DNA of 64,000 nucleotides from Takakia lepidozioides. Taxonomy: Eukaryota > Plantae > Bryophyta. The stretch spans positions 6,262,001 to 6,326,000 of the forward strand of contig CM060734.1 of NCBI GenBank assembly GCA_030704615.1, written 5' to 3'. The number at the start of each line of letters is the position of its first letter. Position 1 is the stretch's first letter. Made by a program: the position numbers and the translations under genes. The notes beneath the pieces were generated by a model. It saw only the letters and a program-made list of their open reading frames with translations. It had not been told where the DNA came from and made no database searches. Shown here piece by piece: positions 25,968 through 38,696 of this stretch.

Positions 25968-28900
25968 ATGCCGAAGGGGAGGAAGCAGATGCGTCTACAG
26001 GAGGAGATTGCCATCTCCGAGCAGCAGGCCACTCAGGCAACCCAGCCACCAGTGAGAGCTCCATGCGATCGGGCTGCGCGCAGCTGATCGAGCACCGAAC
26101 CCCCCATTTTGCTTCTGTAATTCTTAGACTGAATGCTAGGAGACTTGAATGCAGAACATGTTTGCATGCCTAACAGGAAAGGTGGACGTGCTGGAGGGAT
26201 CGCAGGAATCCGAAGAGCCGCAGGAAGAGTCCGAGGAGCTAGCTGCAGCACGTACACCCACCCGATCCCCGAGCGCGGGTACTCCTGCCGGGCCTAGCCC
26301 TCTGCGATTCAAAGACGCGTCTTCGAAGGGCAAGTTCAAAGTCTCAGAGATCGACTCGCGTTCTTCGATCATGGAGAATCGCCAGCAGGGGTCGGGCCCT
26401 TCTCCAGCAAAGTCGAAGAAGAAGCAGCCCGTCCCTCTACTGGCTTCTGAACCGGCTCAGGCCGATTCACCCCCCCCAACGCGAATGAAGCAGCAGGGTA
26501 GAAGACAGATTCTATTGCAGCAGACACCTTCACCTGCAAGGATGAGGAAGCAGAAGGCAATCAGGGCGACGGCCGAACAATCTCCCGCAAAACCGCTTCC
26601 ACGAGCTGAAGCTCAGTTCCTGGAGGATTTCCCGCCTGCAGATGTTGGGGCCGACTCTGCTGCAGCGAAGGCAATGGGATCGACCGTTGATCTCGATTTG
26701 GTACCGGAGGAGGGTGCTGCCGCTGAACGTTCGCAGGCAGACCTCACCACCGATGAGCTAGCAGGCCCGGAGGAGGCCTCTGCAGTGGCAGAATTGCCCG
26801 CACACAGGCCCCAGAGTGCAGCTCCAGTTGAGGATGCTCCACCTGCTCAGCCACTACCGGCACCTACAGACATGTCTCCGGAGGATTTCAAAAGTGCAGC
26901 GGATAAAATGTTGGAGGAGACACACAGTAGCATTGGCAGAGTTCTGGGCAGCAGGGTATTCCAGCGGACTCTTCGAATCCCACTCTGTCGCATGGTCTCC
27001 CTTCCCATCGTCAGGCAGGCCCTTCCCGGAGATGTGGATAAGCTCAAGTTCGCATTTCGAGAAGGGTACCGTCTGGGATCGGCAGCGTTTTACGTTTCCA
27101 TAGAGAATGAGGACGGCGAAACCCGTGGACCCACTGCCGATGAATTGTCAACGTGGGATACCCACTGGCACACTCGCAACCACGAATTCGAGGCGACGCT
27201 GAAGGGTGATCCCGACTTCGGCCATATGTCGGGAAAAATGTTCTTTGTGTGGGACGGGAATCACCGACTTCTCGCCTGGTGGGAGTACATCAAGCAGAAC
27301 CATGCCAAGCACATTGGCTGGCATTACATGGTGGAGTGTGTCATCCTCAAGGTGAAGGCGGCAGACTCCTCCCTCCTCAAGAATGCCATGGCGGACCTCA
27401 ACTCGTAAGATACTCATACCCTCCCTAGCACATTCGAAATGCGGTGCCGCATTTCGGTTTCCATTCTGGTTTGATTCCGTGCTTCCGTGTACTGAACTGG
27501 AGAGTGTGCCTTGCAGGGTCACTGAGAATGCGTACGTGCATACCCACATGGCACATATGCTGTACAGGGTGAGGAAAACTGGTCTTACTGATCCGCAGAT
27601 GTTTGCGGAAATGCTGGAGCCGGAGCTCATTCAGAAAGCCGTTGCAAAAACAGACCGGACATGGTATCGTCTCACTATGGATGGAATGGTGGAGGTGATA
27701 TACGAAGTAAGTCGTGCTCCAATTTCCCTCTGCTCATCCTTCCCCAATTTCCAGTAATGTTTCCACATGAATCGAATGTAACGCTTCTGCATGTTTTTGT
27801 TGGCAGTCAAACATCAAGCTGGATTTGGCCCATGCCAAACGCTTCTTCATGGAAAGTGAGGGGCAGGTCAAAACGTTGCAGTCATTGACTGAGCACTTGA
27901 AGGAAGCCGGTGTCAAGTCCAGAACCAAATACAAGTCAAAGCTTGTGAAGCTGGTGGCAATTGCAGATCCGGCACTTGGAAAGGACTTCATCCCCGAGAT
28001 TGCAAAACACTATTCTCGGGCCATGCAGCCGACCATGCAATTGGAGAAACTGCATCACCTCTCAACGGCATGTGTGGAGGCGAAAGAGAAGGTGAGGTTT
28101 CAATGCACTGAATTTCCTTCCTAGCAATAGCCACTCTCTTCCAGCCACTGACATTGGATCGGAAATGGCAGACACGGTGGCTGTCGATCTGGAATGCATC
28201 CGAGAGCATAAGGACAATGTGGTCTTTTCCACTGGAAGTTTCCGACCCTGCAGTGGATGTGTGGCTCAACCGTATGACTTGGTGGTTCCAGGTAATTCAA
28301 GGTACTTCCCCAGATTTGCTTTTCTGACATGAATTCCCTGAACTGCTACGTGACAATGCATTTGGGAATGGCAGGTAATGTCGAATGCAAAGGAGCAAGT
28401 CGTAATGCACACAAATTCGTTCGGCTTGTACGTCAAATGGGATGGAACACAGACATTGGAAGACTACGTGACACGTTTCAGATGTGCGTACAAGGACAAC
28501 CTTTTCGCCAGAGAGCTACAGACAGCAAGAAGGAGCGTGGAGTTTACACATCAGGAGGGAGCGGGGAAAGCTGCAATGCGAATTGTTTACAGGTGAAGCA
28601 CAGCTGCCCTTGTATGCGAAGCCTGGTTACGAGGTTTGTCTCGGAAATGCGGCACCGCATTCGCATTTTATGTTTTCGGTGGCACTCTGCCAGTAGGTTG
28701 GTCTCAAGTTTTGCTCACGCATGCTGACTGCCTTGCAGTGCCTTGCAGGTATATGAAATACGTGCTCCTTCAGACAGGGGCCCTGGCTCAAGAGCCCCCG
28801 TTCTTCATGGCTTGGACCGTGGCGGGCCCAAGCTGTGTCTACACACCCGAGATGCAGAAACAATGGCATCCCGCGCATCTCGTTGGATGCCCGTGGTACC

Positions 28901-31102
28901 TGGACATGTCTGGCGGTATTGTTGACGAGTCTGAGAAAGATCTGCACGCCTTGGCAGAAGAGAAGAGAAAGGAAAGACGTGTCCCTGCTGGGCCAAAGTC
29001 GGCAAAGGAATCTGCTGCTCTGGAAGAATCCAGAAAGGCAGCTGAGATGGCACAAAAGACGGTGGATGCAGCTGTGCAGGCCCAACAGAAGGGGTCGAAG
29101 AAGAGGACTCGCCAGCAAGGAGCAGCTGTTGTGACACCCGCCAAAACGAAGAAGCAGAAACAGCCTGTTCAGGAAGAGGGTGAGGAAGAGGACTCCGATG
29201 GAGACTTTGCAACCAGCCCACCCCCCCAAACGCAGGCTGCCTCCCCTGTGCCCACCGTTGTCACGAGAGGCACGAGAACTGGCTCGGCAAAGAAGGCACT
29301 CTTCAACCCCCCAGGGGGGCACCCTTTCGAGCCGGTGGAAATGAAGAGGCCGAAAGTGGCTCCCGAAACTGTAGTCCAGTGTGTAAATGAGAGTTTCTTG
29401 GCGGCTTTGGATGGACGGGCAGCCAAGTTGGCATACATGAAGACCATGGAGGGTCTGAAGGGCAGAGCACTGAAGAAGGCGACTGCCGAAGAGCCTTCCG
29501 ACACCCCAGGATTTCAGAATATGGTCTCGTTCTTTGAGAGGGTGTGTGCAGACAAGGATTGTAGGAGGGGCGGAAATGCCACCGAGTGGTCTTGCGATAT
29601 GATCATCTTGGATATTCCGGACGGAGAGCCTGTGGAAGGACTGCAAGCTTTGCCATCTTGGAACAGGTACTCGGAGGACTTTTGGAAGAAAGGATTCGGG
29701 CTTGCCCGCATGGTGTTGGACGACAGAGGCTGTGTGGTTGTCCTGGCGAGCAGAGGAAAAAACACTCAGACAGGAATTGCGAAGTGGACCCGCAAGAGCG
29801 CCGTCCCGATTCTGAAAAAGAAGTGGACGTGCATCAACACACTGGGCCTTCGGTCGGAAGGGAAGAAGGTGATTACGACACTGGCACTCGTCCATTCATT
29901 TGCTTGGGTGCTTTCAAATGCGGTGCCGCATTCGGTTTCTAATCGTTTTCCCCCTGTGTATGCAGACGAAGCAGTTCGATGCATACTGCTTTGTGAAGGA
30001 AAACTCCACCTTTGCTTTCCGGAAGGAGGGAGGAAAGGTTGACCCGAACTGCGACCCACTCGATTACGACGTTCTGTTCAACAACGTTCCCAAGGAACTT
30101 CTCCCTCATAGCCTCACTTCAACGGAACCCCTGCGGTACTCACGGACTCGGAGCCCTGCCTTCATTCAGACAATTATGGAGACATGCACAGACGTGGAGG
30201 GCACAGTGCTGGACCTCATCTGTGGGACAGGTATGCAGAATCTTGATCTCTGCTGTTCTGCAAATTCTCGTTAGGATGTAGTTCGCAACATCTGAAGCGC
30301 CATGTGGTAATGTGTGGATGGCATTGTAACAGGTGCCTCAATGTGGGCTGGGCGGTTTTCCGACCGGCACCTCTTTGCCTACGAGGAGGATTCATCCGTG
30401 TGGGGATCCCATCTGGAGGGGCTGCAACGGAATGTGAAGGCTCCCGACAGAGCGGAAGTCTCCTCGGATTCGTCGGAGTCCGAGGAAGACACAGTGGACA
30501 TTGATGCAGAGGAGAACCCGGAATACGAGTGAGTGCAAACATTGTAAGTTTGCAAAGCCTTCTGGGTCATTTATGTCAAAGGAATTTCCCGACTGTGGTT
30601 CTCATTAGTCTCGTTGATGATTGTCATGTGCAGGATTGCAGGGTCCGGGTCGAAACATGTAGGGCCTACACTTCCTGCCAGGAAGAATGTCCCGTTCTTT
30701 GCGAGGGCCGACTTCATGACGAGCCCGGTGAGGGACTACTCCCTTCCTAGTTATGCAGCTAAACTCGCAAATACAGCGATTAGAAGAAGTGAGAATCCCA
30801 GTAAAGTAGAGCAGATTTTGGAGAGGGCTAGGGAGGACAGAAGGATAAGGAAAGAGTTGGCAGCAGCTCAGACAGGTAGACGGGTACGAAAGTACATATG
30901 TGATTCAGCGGATGAGAGCGACGCAGACAGGGAGGAAGACGACCCAACGGAGGTGAGATGGACAGTTCCGCAAGGGGAAGATGGGATTTTCGAAAGCCTG
31001 GCCAACGAGCAGTCCGCTGGAGATGAGAGAGGCACTGAGGGGGTGGAGGAGGAGCAGGACAGTCTAGAACAGGATGAGGATTCCGATGATTTTCAAGATT
31101 AA
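25968..31102 (+). CDS. Multi-exon transposon accessory protein: ParB/Srx-like domain plus beta-class amino(N6A/N4C)-DNA-methyltransferase-like domain, acidic tail
   Basis: GT-AG exons ~26177-27404, 27517-27706, 27807-28091, (unresolved 28.1-28.6 kb), 28749-29868, 29966-30230, 30333-30528, 30634-31102. FFVWDGNHRLLAW at ~27241-27279; DMIILDIPDG at ~29596-29625; spliced TVLDLICGT|GASMWAGRFSDRHLFAYEED. First exon uncertain. Confidence 0.72.
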
Positions 31103-31289
31103 TAGAATTTTAATGAAGTCTCTGTAAATGTAAATTCTCTTCCAGAGTATATAAAGAAAATTCTGCCCGACATTCGTGACCCCTCTCCAGTGTGCATTCC
31201 AGCCACACAATCGCCCAAACCAGGACGCTCCCAAAATCAGAAATGGGTCAGGGCATTTCCAAAATTTTGGCAACTCTAAGAACCTCTTT

Positions 31290-32010
31290 TGGAAATGCGG
31301 CACCGCATTTCCAAAACAGGGGAGGGACTAATTTTTCCATTTCAATGTTGGCATAGTAAAAAGTAATCTTAATTGGGAATGCGGTGCCGCATTTCCAAAA
31401 TTTCCTTTGTCCACACGCCAGTTTTGGCCTCTCCCGCTCATTGCATGGATGCCACCACGCTTACAGAGGTCGAACAAGGAGGTCGAACAAGGAGGCCGAC
31501 ATGGCGGGATTGGAAATGCGGTGCCGCATTTCCATATTGGGGATGGTGGTTGTTCGAACTGCAGACCCATCAGCAAAAACTGGCACCGCATTCCATTGTA
31601 AAAAAAAAGTCGATGACGGACATGGAAATGCGGCGCCGCATTTCCAGAACGGACATCGCAATTTGTCAATTTGCAGACCCTCTCTCGGAAATGCGGTAAC
31701 GCATTCCATCGCGCTGGTCGGAAATAGGTGCACTTTTCGAAGTGTTGGACGGAAATGCGGCACCGCATTCCCTTGTCCAAAAAGAAGTTTCCATTGCCAA
31801 GCTGGAAATGCGTCGCCGCATTTGCATGCCAACCTCGTTTTCTGATCAATTTATAGACCCGTGTTGGTATTTCGTGTACCTGGACGGAAATGATGCACCG
31901 CATTTTCTTGTCCCACATGGAAATGCGGTGCCGAATTTCGATGTCCGACATGGAAATGCGGTGCCGCATTTCGATGTCCGACATGGAAATGCTGTGCCGC
32001 ATTTCAATGT
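31290..32010. repeat. Second cluster of the same palindrome (irregular, ending in 33-bp tandem units)
   Basis: GGAAATGCGG..CCGCATTTC at ~31291, 31376, 31512, 31624, 31687, 31751, 31804, 31919, 31952, 31985. Confidence 0.9.
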
Positions 32011-33548
32011 CCGACATGGCGTTACTCTGGTATATTCTTGACACATGACTCACATACCGGTTACTCTGCTTTATTCAACCAGACAGACAAATTGTAGAAA
32101 TGAGACATCAAATTGTAAACAGTGGGCCAAATCCGAGAGTTATTCAACACAATGAAACACAGTCATACAGAAGTGAGGTACATTCCAGGGCACAGTCACT
32201 GCCAGGTGGGCCGATAGCCACTGGACACGACGAAGTCCATCCCCTCTTCGATGTAAATGCGGCGCCGAATTTCCATCCGGGGGATGGACTTCGGTGGCAG
32301 ATCTCAAACTATAACTTGTTGATGAGAAAGATGTATGGGTTCATCCACCGCTGGCGTGATGAACACGTTCCACCTCCGTCGGTGGGTACGTGTGACCCAG
32401 ATGCTCCATTTTGGAGGCCGGACTGCTCTTCCGCTTCGTATCTTTTCCAAAATCTAAGGGCTTCGTAGCTGTCCGCAAGGTCATCGGCATCCAAGTCGTC
32501 CTCAGGTCCTCCTTTGCAAGGATGCCGTGCTTCCGGAACCGGGACGACTGCCCCTTTGGAGGCGGCATCGATTATGCATGGTTCGGCCACATCGGGAGAC
32601 ATTGTTATCTGTACAACAGATTACACAGAGAGGTACTGGTTCGATTGTGGAACATTGGTGGCTTTGAGTATATCGTAGGCCCTACGCCTTCGAGCGGGGT
32701 GACGATCTTGGTTTGAGGAGTCCGGGGCTCCTGCGCATCCTCGATTCCTCGATGCCGATTTTCCCAGCTATACGGTCACCCATGCAGAAGAAGGCGCACT
32801 GCTATGCTGTTGCGGTGGGGAACTGGTCTGCCACTGGACGTGGGTGGACTCCATCGGAGAGACCTATTCTCCTCGAGGATGCGCCGCCTTTCTCCTTGTA
32901 TTGGGAACATTCGCATTGGTGTGGACGACGAAAAGTGAAGATTTCCATATTCGATGGTGGTATGATTGAAGGGCAGGACATTGTGGTGCATCACTAGGGC
33001 GGTACAAACGGCTGGCATCGACTTTACATGGAGGAGCCCCAGGACTCATGAGCTGAGTTCTGAGAGCAGTCGAAGTCCCATTGACACGTGACTTGTATTC
33101 AGTAGGCACAGGGCTCAAGATTTGAGGGCACAATCAGCACAGTAGACGTGCTTCAAATGCAATTCATGTGGATCAGGTAAACCTCCTTGTGCCCTCTTTT
33201 TATTCTATTCTGTGTCCATTGTTCCGAGAATGCGACATGTATTTCGTTTGGGATTGGGAGTGTGGGTGAATTTTGCAAATGGCTGGTAGGCTGAAACGGG
33301 CCCCCATTGTACAGAGCAGTACCACCCTACCTTTCGCGAACATTGCCTTTCAATTATAATTCTAAATACATTGCCGAACCTCCTTCATCGGAGGTCCTTC
33401 TCCCCCTATGACCGTGGCACCCTAACCCTATTCCCGCGGACACTCATTTCCGGAAAATAGTGCTGCTCATGTTTTTTTTCCACACTTAACACGACTCTGC
33501 TCATGGCTCATTCCGCTCATGGCCATGGCTTCATGAAATAGCACCCCC

Positions 33549-35750
33549 GTCTTAAACTATCAAGTTTTAAAGAACCAAGCCAGATCCATGGAGGGAGGGA
33601 GAGAGAGTGAGAGAGAGGGACCCACCCAACCTGCCCCTGGTATGGCATCTCCTTATGAGTGAGTGTGGTATGCCTCATCACCCGCGTAAGGGAGTGCATA
33701 CCAGACCCCATCACATAAATGACCTCCCTCTTCTTTGTAGCTTTTACTTCTGGTACAAAGGAACCATAGAAATAAACATGCCTACATCTCAACTCTCCAA
33801 GGTCAAAAAACAAAACAAGCCGTGACAAGCAAAGGTACATCAACACTTACACATCTAATGTAGAGTTTTACCTTTTAGCTACACATAGGCTCTGGTAATG
33901 GAAAGACGAGGCCAAGAAGGGACCTTAAACTTCCGAATTCATGAAGCAACAAACAGAAAGAAACTCTTATCACCCCTTTAGTGTCTACCTAGCCCATGTT
34001 TTTGGTACCACATGTGTACAAAACCAATGGGGGCATGTTTAGGTAATGAATTTTCTGCCATTGGCATGTCCCAACGTTGGCAAGTTGTGACAAACGAAGG
34101 TCATCAACACATTACATCAAAATGTAGAGTTTTACCTTTTAGTTTGTATATAAGCTCTGGTGACCGGAAGAAGAGGCCAGTGAAGAACCCTCAATTCCAA
34201 GGTCATAAAGTAACAATCGGGAAAGAATCTATATCAACTTTTAGTGTTTACCTCACCCCTTGTTTTGGGTAAAACATGTGTACAAAACAAAAGGGGGCAG
34301 GTATTGGGACTTAGGTAATGAAGTCTGGCAGGGTTTACACCTGGTATTCAGACAAAACATCTACCCCAGCATATCAGAATTGGGTATTTCTTATGGTGCC
34401 TATAAGAGCAAAGCCATACCCAGGGAGAAACGATTTGAGCCAAAGAAATGGAACTCATTCTTATCATAAGGTATCTAAATCTGACATAAGGCATCGGCTA
34501 CAAGGGACCGGCAAACAAAGAGTAATGTGCATTGACCGATCCGTATAAGGTGTACACGTCTACTCCAGCAAGCTGTCTTACCAAGGCCTAGCTCAAAATT
34601 TCAGCATTCAGAAGCCCTATTGTTGGTATCTCAGGTACTCAAGGATGCCTGCTATCCATGCCCAATTAGCCAACATATTTTTGATGGAGAATACTTACCT
34701 TATGAACGACTTGCTTGCTCCACAACCATGGTCATGGCGGGGAGAGGAGGCTGATATCTCATGGCTTTGCCTCCTTCCCATTGCCTTGGGTCCATCACTG
34801 CAATCAGGACATATTTGATAACCTTTGTCATGCTCAGACCAAGGTGTTAGTAAATCAAACATAAAACTGAAAACAGAAGGGAGATTGGTTGATAATGTGT
34901 ACAAGAACCACCAAGTACACTGGTCTAAATCAGAGAGGAAGATACTTATGTCTTGTCGAGACATGGACAAAGACCTGACAAGGTCACTGTAAAATTAACG
35001 ACAAATCAGCCTCACAACAAGGCATTGTCAACCATTCTTCATTCACAAGTCAGCTTTATGACAAATCCCAGACTTCAAAGTCAATGAAGTCTCTGGGTGG
35101 GGGGGTGGGAAAAATTAGGACTCAATTACCACTGTTCATAGCAGGAAACCATCGTTCAACATGCTAAAAAGTGCCATTCATGACATGCCATGTCATTCAG
35201 TCTCTATTTTTTGGTCAGCTTACATACCAAGGCATAACCACATCCACATCAGTTTGGCATGGTATCGAGTGTCCTAAAGTAACCAGCTTCTAAAAGAGGT
35301 AAGTTTCCAAGCTTGTACATTCAAGAACACTGTCTGGTCATGAAAACAGGTATGCCCTACATTGTAGCATGTTACCAGATCTCTTTAATATCATTGCTCC
35401 ATTGTCACATCAGTATGCCATAGGGAACAAGAGATAGTCGCCCTAATGATTGATTGTCCACCATACTAGGTTAAACATAGGAGCCATCAAGATCAAAGGA
35501 AAGAGGAAGAAAGGATTGTTCTCCCCCAAAGATACAGATGGCGTCGCTTCTTCAACTCGATTCCAATCAACTTCAGCTTTAAAATCCATGTTAAGTGAGG
35601 ACCCTCACCTGGTCCCATCACATGCAATCAGAAAACAGTTGAGTTAGAGACGATGTGGAACCCCAGGTGAATCGCAGGTCTCACGCTTGTTACGTTGTAC
35701 AACATGCAATACAAAGCAGGGGCAGAAAGGAAACAGAGCATATGCAAGCC
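33549..35750. repeat. Right TSD plus continuation of tandem family 1 (partial unit)
   Basis: GTCTTAAAC at 33549-33557, then the unit resumes (TATCAAGTTTTAAA...) and stops at ...TATGCAAGCC 35750. Confidence 0.93.
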
Positions 35751-38696
35751 TTTTGGAATACCCTTTGAGTTGGTGTTGTCTATAAAGTTCTGATTATGCT
35801 CATTGTAGCACTCCACTCTGATTGAGTTTTGGAGAGATGATTGGAAAACCAGATCCAGACCTTTGTGCATTCATGGAACATAGACATAGCATGCTGGCTG
35901 GTCTACATTATCAGGCTGGGCTCTTGGAATTGCAACACCTGCAACTCATTCTTAAAGCTAGTGTTATGCTGATCTGGTATGTACCAAAGGTGGTGTTGGT
36001 CCCGATTTGTTTTATAAGAAAAACAAGACTCCTTCAATGATGAATGACATATTCTGAATCTAGGGTGATGGTTGTCTTGGAAATCCACCCTCCCACCTAA
36101 TTTTTCATGTGTTTTCAAGAAGATGACATGAGTTTTATCAGGTAAGATACTGCCTATGGAAGGTGAAGTTAGATAGTGCCTTGTTATGAGGCTGATTTGT
36201 CGTTAATTTGACAAGACCTTGTTTGGTCTTGTCCATGTCCCGACAAGACATAGTATCTTCCCTCTCATCTTGACCAGTGTACTTGAGTGTTTCTGTACAC
36301 ACTCTCTCTCACCTGCCATTTCCAGTTTTCTTACTATGATGTACTAACACCTTTAATGGCTTTTGCATGGGTCTAGGAAGCCATGGGGTATCAGCCCCTA
36401 TACCTCCATAACAATAGTGTGGAGCAACAATACCTCATAAGGTATGATGATCCTCTCCAACAAAAATTTGTTGGCGGATTGGACACAACGAGAGAAAGGC
36501 ATCGCTGATATTACTTGAAGAACATCTAAGGGTTTCTTGCATACTGATATTATGAGCTAGGCCTGGGTAAAACAGCCTGTTAGAGTATGTGTGTACACTT
36601 CTACATGATCCGGTCATGCACATTACTCCTGTTAACTGGTAACTTGTAGTTGATGCCTTATGTCAGCATCAGATCCCTTATGATGAAAAGCCTTCCCTAC
36701 TCGTGGGCTTTAATACTTCTCCTGGATGTGGGTTTGCTCTTTATAGCACCACTAAAAAAATGCCCAGGTGTAACGTGATGTCCTTTTTCCATACTTAAGG
36801 AAATCTGGTTTTAAAACCATAAAGCTGGCTGATATGGTGAAAAGATGGGCAGCAGATTGTTGCCAATGTTCTTATTCACATGTTCATGTTGTGAATCACG
36901 GGCAGTAGACTACTGCCACGGCTGACGAACACCAAGTTCTTATTCATACCTTTGGAAAAAACGGTTCTAACCATAAAGTTGGCTGATGATATGGTGGAAA
37001 AATGTGCAGTAATTTACTTGCCATCGGTTGAAGAACACCTGTAATTTTTTGAACTCTTGCGTGCCCAGCTATATGAATGTTTTGTCCATATTTTCTCTTG
37101 ACTTGGGAAGCAGAGACTGTAGCTTTTTAACCAAAGATAAAACTACATCGCACGGAGATCCTTCTTGGTCTCTACTTCTTTACAAGAGCTCGTTGACAAG
37201 ATAAGAGGTAACATGGAAAACGCATGACTCTATATTTTTGCCAAGTTGATTATTTATGCTATGCCAATGTTCACTCGTGATCTGAGGGCAGAGAGAATGT
37301 AGACCTTTTATCTTTTTGGTATTCAAGTCCAAGGATAGAACTACATTGTAGAGGGAGAGCCTTATGAGAATGGGTCTGGTATGCACTCCCTTACGGGGTG
37401 AGTGCATACCACACTCACTCCATAAGGACTGCCATGCCAGGGGTTGGATGGTGGGCGCCCCCTCTCTCCCTCTCTCTCCCTCTCTCCAATTATCTGTTTG
37501 GGATTAACAAATTTTTTCCTAAGCCTACTTGGTTTGGAAATACCTTCTTTCTAATCCCTGATGGAATATGTTTTGAATTTCATCCATGCCGGATGAAAAA
37601 TATGCCAGGTATAATCCCTAATTGGATGAATTATTGTCTTGAGCTTTACCACTAAGGATGTAGCCTGCAATTCTTCATCCATGACGGATTAATCATCCTG
37701 GATGTTACCCTAACGGATGATGTAACTCTAATGAAGTGCAAAATTTCATCCCAATGGATGAAATCACGGGATGGTTTGCTAACCGCCTCTCTACCCTAAG
37801 CACGGCACGATACTCGTGCTTGTTTTCTCTGGAGGATGGCGATGGCGGCTGAGCTAAGTGCTCGAGCATCACGATCCGCGTGCATTTTGTTTTTTCTTGC
37901 GCGATGGCGGCAGGCCCTTCTGTTTCCCGCACTGGCAAATGACCTATTGCTGTGTTTGCATGCAATCTTTCTTATTCATGAAGCAGCAGCGCTCATAAGG
38001 TGATGGGGGAAGTATCATGCACTTTGTAAATATGCAATTTGTCCTCAAGTATCCCAATTTGTTGCATTCTGCTGTGATCTCTTGAGATTCAGGTGTTGAA
38101 TGCCGCAATGTCCCACTCCACAAACGATTAAAGTTCTTTGTGGTGTCGCATCCATGTTTTACTTTTCGATCAATTTATGCATGTTGGACATGGATAGCAA
38201 CTGTGAAGACCTGCTACTCACCTCGTGCATCCTCACTAACACACATCTTGATGTGGTGGTTTTTGGGACGGGCACAGGTGAGGGTATTCACTTGATGTGT
38301 ATTTTTTTAAGTTTGCAGATGATCAAAGGACTTGGCGATGGTGACGATTGACGCTACATACAGCTTCAGTGGGGCATCTGATACGATTCGGCCTCCACCT
38401 TAATCCTTTTTTGGTTTTTATGGGTTGTAACCTGATTATAAGTCAGTTTTCTGGTATGATACCAGTCTGAACTTTGGCACCATATTGTGGGTTTTCGACC
38501 CGATTGAAAATCAGTTTTCTGGCATGATACCAGTCAGATTCGGCTGCATTTGATATGGTGCTGAAGTACCATTCTCCAGACCTTATAAACTATCCAATGA
38601 TGCTTAAGATAGGCCCTTCTTATGCTGATTTAACACGGGGACCGTACCAAGCGTAGTTTTGAAACATTGAGGTCAGAGTTCTAGATTTAAAACAGC

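Larger units (their letters stand above)
19097..33548 (-). mobile_element. Full-length ~14.5-kb Mutator/MULE-like DNA transposon, copy 2 (short TIRs)
   Basis: 9-bp TSD. Imperfect ~19-bp TIRs: GAGGTTTACTATTTCATGA versus reverse-complemented GGGGGTGCTATTTCATGA. CATGAGC repeats at both ends. Contains a transposase and an accessory gene. Confidence 0.93.

Noticed and set aside
1-26721. Simple inverted segmental duplication explaining the two MULE copies
   Set aside because: Homology stops at the element terminus, and copy 1 is followed by the downstream rather than the inverted upstream flank.
28627-29895. 422-aa minus-strand ORF and similar antisense ORFs (e.g. 20546-21223)
   Set aside because: Shadows of GC-rich coding exons on the opposite strand; no motifs.
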